This document shows, in pieces, positions 1 to 10,100 of a stretch of 64,000 bases of DNA; the stretch's first letter is position 1; each line of letters opens with the position of its first letter. The stretch is from Armatimonadota bacterium (GTDB lineage Bacteria > Armatimonadota > Fimbriimonadia > Fimbriimonadales > GBS-DC): assembly GCA_037442365.1 (NCBI GenBank), contig JBBIQK010000007.1:1284-65283 (forward strand), in the 5' to 3' direction. Position numbers and translations under genes: made by a program. The notes under the pieces were generated by a model that saw only the letters and a list, made by a program, of their open reading frames with translations, was not told the origin of the DNA and did not search any database.

Positions 1-1
1 G

Positions 2-835
2 GCAGAGGTGCTAATTCAGGCGTTGCCGTATATCCAAAGGTGGAGCGGAGCAATCTTCGTCGTGAAGTACGGCGGCGCGGCGATGGGTGGGAACGGCTTC
101 GCCGCGCAGGTGATGCAGGACCTGGTGCTGATGCACTGCGTGGGCATTCGCCCCGTGCTGGTGCATGGCGGCGGTCCCGAAATCTCCGAACTGATGAAGC
201 GTGTGGGCAAGCAGCCGCAGTTCGTGAACGGCTTGCGCGTGACGGACGCCGAGACGATGGAGCTGGTGGAGATGGCGCTCACGGGCAAGACGAACCCGCG
301 TCTGGTGGCGCTGATTCAGCAGCAGGGCGGGCGCGCCGTCGGGCTGTCGGGCAAGGACGGCAACCTCATCCGCGCGCGCAAGCTGGAGGCGGAGGTGGAC
401 CTCGGCTTCGTGGGCGAGGTGGAGCAAATCCACCCCGAAGTCGTGCTGAACGCACTGGCGGGCGGCTATATTCCCGTCGTCAGTCCCGTGGGGCTGGGCG
501 CGGACGGGGAGACCTACAATCTGAACGCCGACTTCGCGGCGGGCGCGCTGGCGGGCGCACTCAAAGCGGAAAAGTTTATCCTGATGACCGATGTGCCCGG
601 CGTGCTGAGCGACCCCGACGACCCGCGATCGCTGATTTCGGAGCTGAGCCGCGAGCAGGCGCAGCGCATGCTGGAGACGGGGCGCGTGTCGGGCGGGATG
701 ATCCCCAAACTGCAGGCGTGCCTGCACGCGCTGGAACAGGGCTGTCCCCGCGCCCACATCATCGATGGGCGCATCCCGCACGCCCTGCTGATTGAGGTCT
801 TCACCGATGCAGGCATCGGCACGATGATTCGCTAA
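2..835 (+). CDS. argB: acetylglutamate kinase; N-terminus lies upstream of the window
   Basis: Frame is open from base 2. ALPYIQRWSGAIFVVKYGGAAM and HGGGPEI are typical ArgB / amino-acid-kinase motifs. Confidence 0.85.
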   Translation, partial: AEVLIQALPYIQRWSGAIFVVKYGGAAMGGNGFAAQVMQDLVLMHCVGIRPVLVHGGGPEISELMKRVGKQPQFVNGLRVTDAETMELVEMALTGKTNPRLVALIQQQGGRAVGLSGKDGNLIRARKLEAEVDLGFVGEVEQIHPEVVLNALAGGYIPVVSPVGLGADGETYNLNADFAAGALAGALKAEKFILMTDVPGVLSDPDDPRSLISELSREQAQRMLETGRVSGGMIPKLQACLHALEQGCPRAHIIDGRIPHALLIEVFTDAGIGTMIR

Positions 836-853
836 GCCCGGCGCGGCAGAGGT

Positions 854-3079
854 CTACGCGCTCCGCGTAGAGGTCTCCGACGCGGCGTCAGCGAAGTCTT
901 CGGGGGCTTCAGAGGTCTCCCGATAGTCGCATTCGGCGTTGCTGCAGGCGACGATGCGCTGGCGGGCGCGTTTGAGGGTCTTTTCCACCAGCGGCGCGTT
1001 GCACTTGGGGCACAGCGCGCCCGTCGGCTTGTCCCATGTCAGCAGTGAGCAGCCCTTCGTCGTGCAACTGTAGAACACGCGCCCTTTTTTAGACTTGCGC
1101 TGCACAATCTCGCCCGCCTTGCACACGGGGCAGCGCGCGCCCGTCGCGCCTGCGGGCAGCGTCGTCTTGCAGTCGGGGTAGCGCGAACATGCCAGAAACT
1201 CGCCGTAGCGCCCCGTGCGCAGCACCATCGGCGCGCCGCAGGTCGGACACGCGCGGTCGGTCTCCACCACAGGCACCTCCACACGCTCGTCGCTGTTGCT
1301 GGCGACCTGCACCTGCTGCTGCATCGGCTCGTAGAACGCCCGCACCACCTGCACCCAGTCCGCCTTGCCCTCCTCGATTTCGTCCAGCTCCTGCTCCATG
1401 CGCGCCGTGAAGGGCACATCGAACAGCTCGGGGAAGTGCTTGACCAGGTAGTCGTTGACTGCCTCGCCCAGCGGGGTCGGTTTGAAGGCGCGGTTCTCCA
1501 GCACGACATACCCCCGCTCCTGAATCGTCGAGAGGATGGTCGCGTAGGTGCTGGGGCGTCCGATGCCGTTTTGCTCCAGCGTTTTGACCAGCGTCGCTTC
1601 GGTGTAGCGCGGGGGCGGTTGCGTGAAGTGCTGGCTGGGCGTCAGCTTCAGCAAATCCAGCAGCTCGCCCTGTTGCAGTGGCGGCAGGGGCGGGAGTTCC
1701 TCCTCGTCGCGCTCGGCGGTGTCCTTGCCTTCCTGATACAGGCACAGGAAGCCGTCGAACAGCACCACCGTGCCCGATGCGCGGAACAGGTAGTCGCGCG
1801 CGCGGATATTGACGCTGGTGACTTCCAGCTGCGCTTCCGCCATCTGGCACGCCACAAACCGCTTCCAGATGAGTTCGTACAGGCGGAACTGTTCGGGCGT
1901 CAGGTAGGGCTTCACGGCGTCGGGCGTGCGGTTCACATCGGTCGGGCGGATGGCTTCGTGGGCGTCCTGCGCGCTGGAGCGGGTCTTATACTGGCGCGGT
2001 TTGTCGGGCAGGTATTCGGGCGCGTAGTGGCTGCCGATGAACGCGCGCGCCATCTGCAGCGCCTCGTTCGAGAGGCGTACCGAGTCGGTGCGCATGTAGG
2101 TGATTAGCCCGACTGCGCCCTCCTCGCCCAGCTCGACGCCTTCGTAGAGCTGCTGCGCGATTTGCATCGTGCGCTTGGCGGAGTAGCCCAGCTTGCGCGA
2201 CGCTTCCTGCTGCAGCGTGCTGGTGATGAACGGCGGCGGGGGCGTGCGCCTGCGCTGGCGCTTCTCCACCGACTCCACGATATAGGTCGCGCCCTGCAGG
2301 TCGTTCAGCACCGCCTGCGCATCCGCTTCGGACTTGAGGTCAATCTTCGCGTTCCCTTTCTGGCGCAGCTCGGCGTCGAAGGGGAAGTGTTCCTTTTTTG
2401 GGGTGAGGGTAGCGGTGATTTTCCAGTACTCTTCGGGCACGAAGGCGCGGATTTCGCGTTCGCGTTCGACAATCAGGCGCACGGCGACGCTCTGCACGCG
2501 CCCTGCGCTGAGCGCGTTGCGTCCGCCGCGCAGCTTGCGCCATAGCAGCGGGCTAATCTGATACCCCACCAGCCGATCCAGCACGCGCCGCGCCTGTTGC
2601 GCGTTCACGCGATCCAGGTCTATCGCACGGGGGCTTTGCAGGGCGCGTTGCACCGCGCTGGCGGTAATCTCGTTGAACTCGATGCGCTGCGCGTGCTGCA
2701 GGTTCAGCGCCTGCTGGATGTGCCACGCGATGGCTTCGCCCTCGCGGTCGGGGTCGGTCGCCAGATACACGGCGGGCGCGCCCTGCGTCACCGTTTGCAG
2801 GCGTTTCAGCGTGTCCTTGCGGTCGGGCAGCGGGATGTAGGTCGGCTGGAACCTGTTCTCGACATCCACGCCCAGCTTGGATTTGGGCAGGTCGCGCACA
2901 TGCCCCATCGACGCCTCAATCGTGTAGGCGTTTCCCAGAATCTTCGCCAGCGTGCGCGTCTTGGCGGGCGACTCCACGATAATCACGGGCTTGCCCGACG
3001 GCGTGGGCGTCGCCCGTCTCGTGCGCGTGGACGCGCCCGTCTTGCGCGTGGTTCGTCTGGTGCGGGTGGTCTTCGCCAT
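854..3079 (-). CDS. topA: DNA topoisomerase I
   Basis: TOPRIM start VIIVESPAKTRTLAKILG, long type IA core, three C-terminal CxxC..CxxC zinc ribbons. Start placed at MAKTT (ATG 3079) behind GGGAGA. Confidence 0.9.
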   Translation of the reverse strand: MAKTTRTRRTTRKTGASTRTRRATPTPSGKPVIIVESPAKTRTLAKILGNAYTIEASMGHVRDLPKSKLGVDVENRFQPTYIPLPDRKDTLKRLQTVTQGAPAVYLATDPDREGEAIAWHIQQALNLQHAQRIEFNEITASAVQRALQSPRAIDLDRVNAQQARRVLDRLVGYQISPLLWRKLRGGRNALSAGRVQSVAVRLIVEREREIRAFVPEEYWKITATLTPKKEHFPFDAELRQKGNAKIDLKSEADAQAVLNDLQGATYIVESVEKRQRRRTPPPPFITSTLQQEASRKLGYSAKRTMQIAQQLYEGVELGEEGAVGLITYMRTDSVRLSNEALQMARAFIGSHYAPEYLPDKPRQYKTRSSAQDAHEAIRPTDVNRTPDAVKPYLTPEQFRLYELIWKRFVACQMAEAQLEVTSVNIRARDYLFRASGTVVLFDGFLCLYQEGKDTAERDEEELPPLPPLQQGELLDLLKLTPSQHFTQPPPRYTEATLVKTLEQNGIGRPSTYATILSTIQERGYVVLENRAFKPTPLGEAVNDYLVKHFPELFDVPFTARMEQELDEIEEGKADWVQVVRAFYEPMQQQVQVASNSDERVEVPVVETDRACPTCGAPMVLRTGRYGEFLACSRYPDCKTTLPAGATGARCPVCKAGEIVQRKSKKGRVFYSCTTKGCSLLTWDKPTGALCPKCNAPLVEKTLKRARQRIVACSNAECDYRETSEAPEDFADAASETSTRSA

Positions 3080-3231
3080 CGCAGTCTCCCAGTGCAGTAC
3101 GGGCAAGCAATTTACCTGATTGTGCGGGGGTGTGTCAAGGGAGCAAACGGCGTCCCTCCTCACACCATCCTTAACACACCCATAAACTCTCTGCAGGTAA
3201 AATTAGTTTACTTGAGAAACAGGAGAGCGTT

Positions 3232-4008
3232 ATGAGCTTGCGAACGCAGTTTCTGGCACTATTGAGCGCACTGGCGCTCACGAGCGCGGTTCACGCACAG
3301 TTGACAGACAAGGTGGAACGCGGCGGCGATTTCTCGATTCGCATCATCGACGGGAGTTATGTCCTCTCGGGCGCCCTGGGCGGCTCAGGCAGCTTCCGCT
3401 CCAGCGCGTACCGATTCCCCCTCCTGCCCAACGAGGGCTTGGACTGGCAACTGCGCGTGCGCGACCTGATTAACGCGATTGGTTCGGACTATATGCTCCG
3501 TTTCCACACCACGATTCTGCCCAACGGCGACATCCAGTGGGATATGGACGCCACGCCCAACGAATGCACCACCATTCGGCTGAGTGGTCAGGACTATCAG
3601 TTCCTGCTCACGCGCATCTCAGCGCGGTTCACCATGCGCCCCACGCCAATTGCGTGCCAGCCCGACCCGCATGCGGTACTCGGTCGCTCCGTGAGCGTGC
3701 AACTGGACGCCGTGGGCGGCGATGAGGCGAACTACCTGCACCTGGAGGGCTACTTCCTCGTCTGTCAGGAGAATGCGTCCTTCTTCACGCAGGGGGTGGT
3801 TTCTGGTCTGGTGGTGCGCGGCTACGGCGGCGGGCTGCCCAAGTCGCTGGGGAATGTGAACAACGACTGCATCGTGGACGACGCGGACCTGCTCGCCGTG
3901 CTGTTCAACTTCGGCGGGAGCGAGGCATCGACCGACACCAACGACGACGGCATCGTGGACGACGCCGATCTGCTCACGGTGCTGTTCAACTTCGGCACGG
4001 AGGGCTGA
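3232..4008 (+). CDS. secreted hypothetical protein with two C-terminal dockerin-like (EF-hand-type) repeats
   Basis: Signal peptide MSLRTQFLALLSALALTSAVHA. C-terminus NNDCIVDDADLLAVLFNFG .. DTNDDGIVDDADLLTVLFNFG. AGGAGA RBS before the ATG. Confidence 0.6.
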   Translation: MSLRTQFLALLSALALTSAVHAQLTDKVERGGDFSIRIIDGSYVLSGALGGSGSFRSSAYRFPLLPNEGLDWQLRVRDLINAIGSDYMLRFHTTILPNGDIQWDMDATPNECTTIRLSGQDYQFLLTRISARFTMRPTPIACQPDPHAVLGRSVSVQLDAVGGDEANYLHLEGYFLVCQENASFFTQGVVSGLVVRGYGGGLPKSLGNVNNDCIVDDADLLAVLFNFGGSEASTDTNDDGIVDDADLLTVLFNFGTEG

Positions 4009-4017
4009 GGATACACG

Positions 4018-4835
4018 ATGACTACACGGAAGTGCTTGCACCAGGGATTCACCCTCATCGAGCTGCTGGTCGTGATTGCGATTATCGCCATTCTGGCGGC
4101 GATTCTGTTTCCTGTGTTCGCGCAGGCGCGTGAGAAGGCGCGCCAGACGCAGTGCATCAGCAATCTGCGCAACTCGGCGACCGCCGCGCTGCTGTATGTG
4201 CAGGACTACGACGAGAAGTTCCCGATGCCGTTCTACTACACCATCGCGAACAACGCGCCCTGCGCTATGACGATGTTCACCATGATTGCGCCCTACCTCA
4301 AGAATCAAGAGGTGCTGCGCTGTCCTTCGGAGCCCGACGCCTACTGGAGGCAAGCTTCAGGGCGCTGGTGAGCGGCGGCGAGTGCGGCGACTTCACCAAA
4401 GCCAGCTACTCCTACAACTACTCCGTGTTCCGCACGGTGACCACCACACGCGATGTACTGAATCTGGCGGAAGTGCCGTTCCCTGCCGAGACCTCGATGA
4501 TTTTCGACGCGGACCTGATCCTGTTCGAGGGAACCTGTCGGAACGCGGTCGGCTTGCGGCAGGGAGATACGCCTGTGCGCCCGCGCCACAACGGGATGCT
4601 GAACGCCAACTATGTGGACGGGCATACGAAGGTAGTCAAAGCGGACTCGCGCGCGCCGCTCACGGACTGCACCTACACCATCCGCCGCGCCGTGAACCAG
4701 GACACCCAGCGCAGCCCGTTCTGCATCGGGTCGGGTCCCTACACGCGCCGATGCGACCAGCAGACGCCGCTGCCCTGCGCGACGGAACTGCGCGGAATCA
4801 TCGATCAGGACAGTCAGGGCTTGTGTCGGCGGTAG
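4018..4835 (+). pseudogene. prepilin-type N-terminal cleavage/methylation domain, H-X9-DG family protein, split by a frameshift near 4340-4370
   Basis: Frame 1 gives [38 protein letters not shown], then a stop at 4369-4371. The frame one base back continues [35 protein letters not shown] (the H-X9-DG motif) to 4835. Confidence 0.7.
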
Positions 4836-4887
4836 GGACGCGAACCCTTGTCTGAACCGAACAGCCACCTGCGGGCGCGGTTGGGGG

Positions 4888-7062
4888 CTAAAACTCGCTC
4901 CCAACTGCGCCTACGGGTTGACCCAGTTGCCCAAAGCCGAAGCGCGAGAAGCTCGGCAACGCCTTCAGGCGCACGAACACCTGCAGCCCCGTGTCGCGGC
5001 GGAAGCCGAACGGATTGTCGATATAGCGCACCTCCAGCTCGGCGCAGTGCAGGTCGTACACCCACAGCGCCTGCCGCGACTCAAACCGACTCAGATAGCC
5101 GTTGTATTGCGCGAGGAATGAGATTCGCGAGCGTCCCCACTTGAGGGCGTCCACGCGCAGGAACACGCTGCCCCAGCGGGCGCGTTCCGGGTCGTAGCGC
5201 GCCGCCAGCGCCAGCTGCGAGTCGCCGAACCGCCATAGCAGGTCGGTCTGCAGGCTGCGCCAGCGTGCCCGATTCGGGTCGTAGCGCAATTGCAATCGCC
5301 CGCGCAGCCAGTCGGCAGGCGCGTACTCCAGATTCAGGTTCAGCAGGCTCCACGGGTCGCGCCCGCTCTCCGACGCGAGCAGGTCGTAGCTGGTCTGTGC
5401 GCCGAGCGTCCAGCCGCCGCCGAAACTCAGGCGCAGCTCCCCGCTCAGCAGGTTATACACGCCTGTCCGATCCAGTCCCAGCGGGCTGTAGCCGTAGGGG
5501 CGCAGGTAGTTCCAGCGCAGGCTGAGGCTGGAGCGCGCGCTTAGCGGCGTGCGCTGCTCCAGCGCGGACTGCAACAGGTACTGCGCCGTGTCGTCGCTGT
5601 AGAAGGTCTGGCGAAAGCGATAGCTCCATGCAAGGCTGGAGCGGTTTTCCGCTTCGCGCGGGGGGCGTCCTGCGCGTCCCTGCCACTCGAATGCGTACCG
5701 CTCGCGCGCGAGACGCGTCTGGAAGCCCTCCGCGAAGCGTCCGATGCTCAAACGCAGTTGCGAGTCGGGCACGCCCAGCACACGCCCCGACGCCTGCAGG
5801 CTCAGTTCAGGCAGCCGCTCCAGCCCGCCGAACACGCTTGACTCGCCCACGGGCACGAACCGCTCGAAGTCCAGTTGCAGGCTTGCCTCGCGCGCCAGCC
5901 CGTAGCGCAGGTTCGCCCGCAGGTTCCACTGGCGGTTGCCCGTGCGCGTATCGTCGAACCGGTTCTCGAACTCCAGATACTCGCCCGACAGGTTGCTCTG
6001 CAGGCGTCCGATTCGGCGCGTGTCCTGCAGGGCAAGCGTGCGGTTGATGTTCTCGAACGCGCCCGTGCGGTTGCGGCTCTCGGCGAAGCTCAGCCCCGTC
6101 TGTCCCGATGGCGCGGGCAGCGTCCAGTCGGTGCGCAGGCTCCACGCCGTGTTGTCGCCGAACAGCAGGTAGCTGTTGCGTCGGTACTCGGCGTTCCAGC
6201 GGGTCTGGAGCGCGCCCAGCGGCTGCGCGTGCTGCCAGCGCCCCGTGAGCGAGTCGGCGCGCTGGCGCAGGTCGCGCAGCAGGTACAGGTTCAGGTCGCC
6301 CCGCGCGTACTGCTGCTGAAGGTTGATTCCCAGCCCACGCTTCTGCATGAGATCCAACCGCGCGCTGCCCACCGCGCCCTGCGCCAGCAGGTAGGCGAGC
6401 GCATAGCGGAGGTAGAAGCCCTCCTCTTCCGTGTAGCCTGCGTCGGGCAGGGGCGAACTGTCGCCCTCGCGCAGCGGCACAATCACATACGGCAGGCGCA
6501 GCACCGTGCGCCCCAGAATGCTCAGGCGCACCTCGCGCAGCACGGCGCGCGCGCCGGGCGTCGCCTCCAGCGTGCGTGCGCTCCAGTGAAAATGGGGATG
6601 CTCCAGCCCGCAGGTGGTCGCCGTGCAGGCTTCCGCATGGATGCGGTTCTCCTCGCCCTCGATGCGCGCTCCCTGCAGATGCAGGCTCTCCGAAAGGCGG
6701 TTCTCGGTGAAGGCGGGGGTGAGTTCCGCGCGCCCCTGCAAGAGCGTCCAGCGGCGTGTGCGCGTGTTCAGCGCCAGCGAGTCGCCCTGCGCCCGCAGCC
6801 GCTCGCTCGTCAGGCGCACCCCCTCAAAAAAACGGTACTCGGCGTCGCGCGTGCGCCCTTCAAACCGCGCGCTCTCCAGCAGGTACTCGCGCCAGCGGGC
6901 GGTGATCGATTCGCCCTGCGCCGTGTCCGACGCGCTATCGTAGCGGAACGCCTGCTGTGTTTCGAACTGGATGGGTTCTCCCTGTGGCTGCCCGAACGCG
7001 CAGGCGACGGCGACCTGCGCCGTCAGCAGCCCAATCCCGCGAATACCCCGATACGCCCGCAT
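4888..7062 (-). CDS. lptD: LptD/OstA-like outer-membrane LPS-assembly protein
   Basis: Signal peptide. OstA-like N-domain followed by TTCGLEHPHFHWSARTLE..LPYVIVPL, a long run of alternating beta-strand-like sequence, and a C-terminal aromatic residue (..GSEF). Confidence 0.6.
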   Translation of the reverse strand: MRAYRGIRGIGLLTAQVAVACAFGQPQGEPIQFETQQAFRYDSASDTAQGESITARWREYLLESARFEGRTRDAEYRFFEGVRLTSERLRAQGDSLALNTRTRRWTLLQGRAELTPAFTENRLSESLHLQGARIEGEENRIHAEACTATTCGLEHPHFHWSARTLEATPGARAVLREVRLSILGRTVLRLPYVIVPLREGDSSPLPDAGYTEEEGFYLRYALAYLLAQGAVGSARLDLMQKRGLGINLQQQYARGDLNLYLLRDLRQRADSLTGRWQHAQPLGALQTRWNAEYRRNSYLLFGDNTAWSLRTDWTLPAPSGQTGLSFAESRNRTGAFENINRTLALQDTRRIGRLQSNLSGEYLEFENRFDDTRTGNRQWNLRANLRYGLAREASLQLDFERFVPVGESSVFGGLERLPELSLQASGRVLGVPDSQLRLSIGRFAEGFQTRLARERYAFEWQGRAGRPPREAENRSSLAWSYRFRQTFYSDDTAQYLLQSALEQRTPLSARSSLSLRWNYLRPYGYSPLGLDRTGVYNLLSGELRLSFGGGWTLGAQTSYDLLASESGRDPWSLLNLNLEYAPADWLRGRLQLRYDPNRARWRSLQTDLLWRFGDSQLALAARYDPERARWGSVFLRVDALKWGRSRISFLAQYNGYLSRFESRQALWVYDLHCAELEVRYIDNPFGFRRDTGLQVFVRLKALPSFSRFGFGQLGQPVGAVGSEF

Positions 7063-7147
7063 CAGCCAATTGATAGACGCGCCGAATCGGGGAGAATATA
7101 CCTGATGGGAGGCTGGCGGTGGCGTGTGAAGGCTTTCAGTTCAGACC

Positions 7148-7175
7148 TTGACAGAATGCATTTGCGAGGTAGAAT
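7148..7175 (+). promoter_or_regulatory. sigma-70-type promoter of the STAND gene (-35 TTGACA, 16-nt spacer, -10 TAGAAT), 9 nt before the ATG
   Basis: TTGACA at 7148-7153, TAGAAT at 7170-7175, ATG at 7185. No Shine-Dalgarno sequence fits in between. Confidence 0.6.
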
Positions 7176-7184
7176 CCTGTTGCA

Positions 7185-10100
7185 ATGTTTGCTGGCGCTG
7201 GAAACTTTGTAAAGGACGCATGCGCGACTGCAGGCATGTCTCTGGGGAGTGTGCTGGGCGGACCCATCGGCGGCTTGGCTGGCGGGTTCATCGGCAGCGT
7301 GCTGGGGGAGATTGTTGTGCAATCGGTAGCAGACCTCTCCCGGGAGAAGCTTCAGGACTCGTTGCGCCGCTTCCGTCCCTCTCGAAACGCCGATATAGAG
7401 CGCGCTATTCTCGAGGCGCTTCGCGGCGCACTCCAGCACTCTCGCGACGCGCTGCGCCAGCAACCGGGCGACGCAACCAGCCTCCCGCGGGGGCTTTCTA
7501 CTGAAGAGGAAGCGCTCTTCAAAGCGTGGGACAGCAAACTTCAAGCCGCCCTCAAGGGCGCCGATGCACAGGTACACGAAGCGGTGGGCGAACTCTCTCC
7601 CGACGCGCCCGCGCTCGCAGCGTCCCCCGACGAGACGCTTGCCGACTGGCTACTGCGCTTGCTCCAGCGGCTGGCAGAGCGCGAGACGCTCCCTGAACCG
7701 CTGCGCGAGTTCCTTCAAGCCCGACTGCCCCAGCGCTTTCGCCACGAGTTTGCCCAGCTGCTTAAAGACCCACGGCATCAACGGGCGTGGATTGCCTTCC
7801 AGAAGCAGATGCTGGACGCAATTTTACAGGCAATCCACGAAATGCAAACGCTCACGCCCGAAATCGCGCAGGGGGTTCAGCTCCTGCAGGAGCGCCAGAT
7901 GCAGCTCACACAGGCGGTCGCCGAATGGCTCGAATCGGAACCTGACCGCTGGCAGGAACGCGCTCACGAGCTGGCGCAAACCATCACGGAACCCATCCTG
8001 CACGCCATCCACGACACCCGTGAGCGCGTGGAGTTTATCGTCAACCTGCTGGGCGAGAAGCACCGCTACCGCTTGCTGCACGAGGGCACGCTCCGATTCC
8101 TGCAATCTTACGCACAGGGAGTCTTCGTGGGACGGCAGGAGATACTGGCGAATCTGGAGGCGTTTCTGACAACGCGCTCCAGCGGGCTGGCGGTGATACA
8201 CGCGCCCGCAGGCTACGGCAAAACCCGCCTGATGATGAAACTGCTGAACCGACTGCAAGCGCGTGGCGACGCCGATGTCGCGTTCCACTTCTTCTCCACA
8301 CGCGAGGAGCTGGGCGGGCTGGGCACGCGCACGGAATACGCCTACGCACACCTGCTGCTGCAACTGGGGCACATCACCAACACAAAGGTTTATCTGCCCG
8401 ATGGCAACCCCGACGAACTCCGCGCCCAGCTGCTGTATGAGATTCGCGATTTGAAGCCCCCGCGCGGGCGCGTCGTGCTGCTGATAGACGCGCTGGACGA
8501 GGCGGACGCGCCTGTGATGCACCTACCGCTGCCCGAAACTTTGCCCGACGGCGTATTCGTGGTGGTGAGCGCGCGCTGGGACAATCGCCCGGAACCGCCT
8601 CCCTACCTTGAGGCGTGGCTCGCACGCGCCGACGCCCACTACCCACTGGACGCCCTGAGCGAAAGCGACCTGCGCGACTGGGTGCGCAACATCGAGCCGC
8701 TCCGCGCCTGTGCCGACGACCCCGACTTCATCCGCCAGCTCCACCAGCGCACCGAAGGGCTGACGCTCTACGCCCGCTACCTGCTGGACGAGCTGAGCCA
8801 GTCCCCAAACCCGAAGCAGGCGCTCCAGAACGCGCCGATGGGCATTCAGAAATACATCGAGCATCAGATTCGCCAGCTGGCGTCGCATGTGTCCAACGCG
8901 CAGGGGATACGGCGGATGTTCGCCCTGCTGACCGTCGTCAAGGCGCCTCTGCCTCAGAGCGATTTGGAAACCCTCTGCGAGGTCTCCGTCTGGGATTTGC
9001 AGAACCTGCCCCAGCCTGTGCGCCGCTGGTTCCTCTGCTCCAAGGCGGGCTGGCAGTTTGCACACCCCCTGCTGGCGATAGAGTTTCGGAATGCGCTGGG
9101 TAGAGAACCCCTGCTGATGGAACAGAAACTGATAGACTACTCTGCCCGCTGGAAGGAACACAAGAGCCACTATGCCCTGCGCCACTACGCCGCGCACCTG
9201 ATGGAGCGCGCCCAGCACGAGAGCGCGGCTGCCGAAGCGCTCTACGCGCTGGCGACGGATGACACCTTCTTGCAGGCGCAGCGTGAAGCCTTCCCCACCG
9301 AGCCAGACCTGCCCCTGAAAGCGATTCAGCAGGCGATACAGGTCGCCAGCCAGCGCGACGAAGCCGTGATATTGGCGCATCTGATGCTGCGCCACGCCGC
9401 GATTGCAGACGAGATACGCTTCGCCCAGTCGCCCTACGAGATCTGGAGCGAAAAGGGTGACTTGCACCGTGCTCTCAGGGTTGCCAACCTGCATAATCCA
9501 CGAATGCGCGCTCTTCACTGCCTTCTGTTAGCGGCGGCACTCTCGGAACCTGAGCATCGCAAATTTATCATTAGAAATCTGTGCGATTCAAACATCCCAT
9601 TTTACAAAAGAAGATGGCAAGAGCGATTTATTCGCATCATAGAGCAGATAATTGGAAACGAAATACAAAATGAGTGCCCTGAACTGATAACAAAAATGCT
9701 CCCGAACGGACAGTCGCCTGTACAGCCTCCACTACCCGAAGAATCTGCACAAAACACTGAAGGGATTACACAGTCCGTGGTTGACGCCTCTGATGGGTAT
9801 CAACAGATAAATAAGCATTTGGATGACGCTCAGAGATTCCTGCATAACCACAGTCTCAATGATGCCCTGAACAGCCTCAACAGGGCACTAAAAATTGTCC
9901 CTGAAATTAGTTTCAAGCTTTCTTCTTTTTGGACAAAGATAGTGATTAGTATAGCACGGGCGCCATCGCGACGCCAAAAATTAAAAATTCTTAACGAATT
10001 GGTAAGAGAAGCTCAGCAAGTTCCCGAACTCGAGTGGCAAGCGCGCATACTGGCAGCGATTGCTGAAGCAAGGGCAAACATAATATTCCCGAGAAAAGAC

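Noticed and set aside
4335-4371. Programmed ribosomal frameshift in the pilin-like gene.
   Set aside because: There is no slippery heptamer or homopolymer and no downstream structure. An indel or sequencing error is the simpler explanation.
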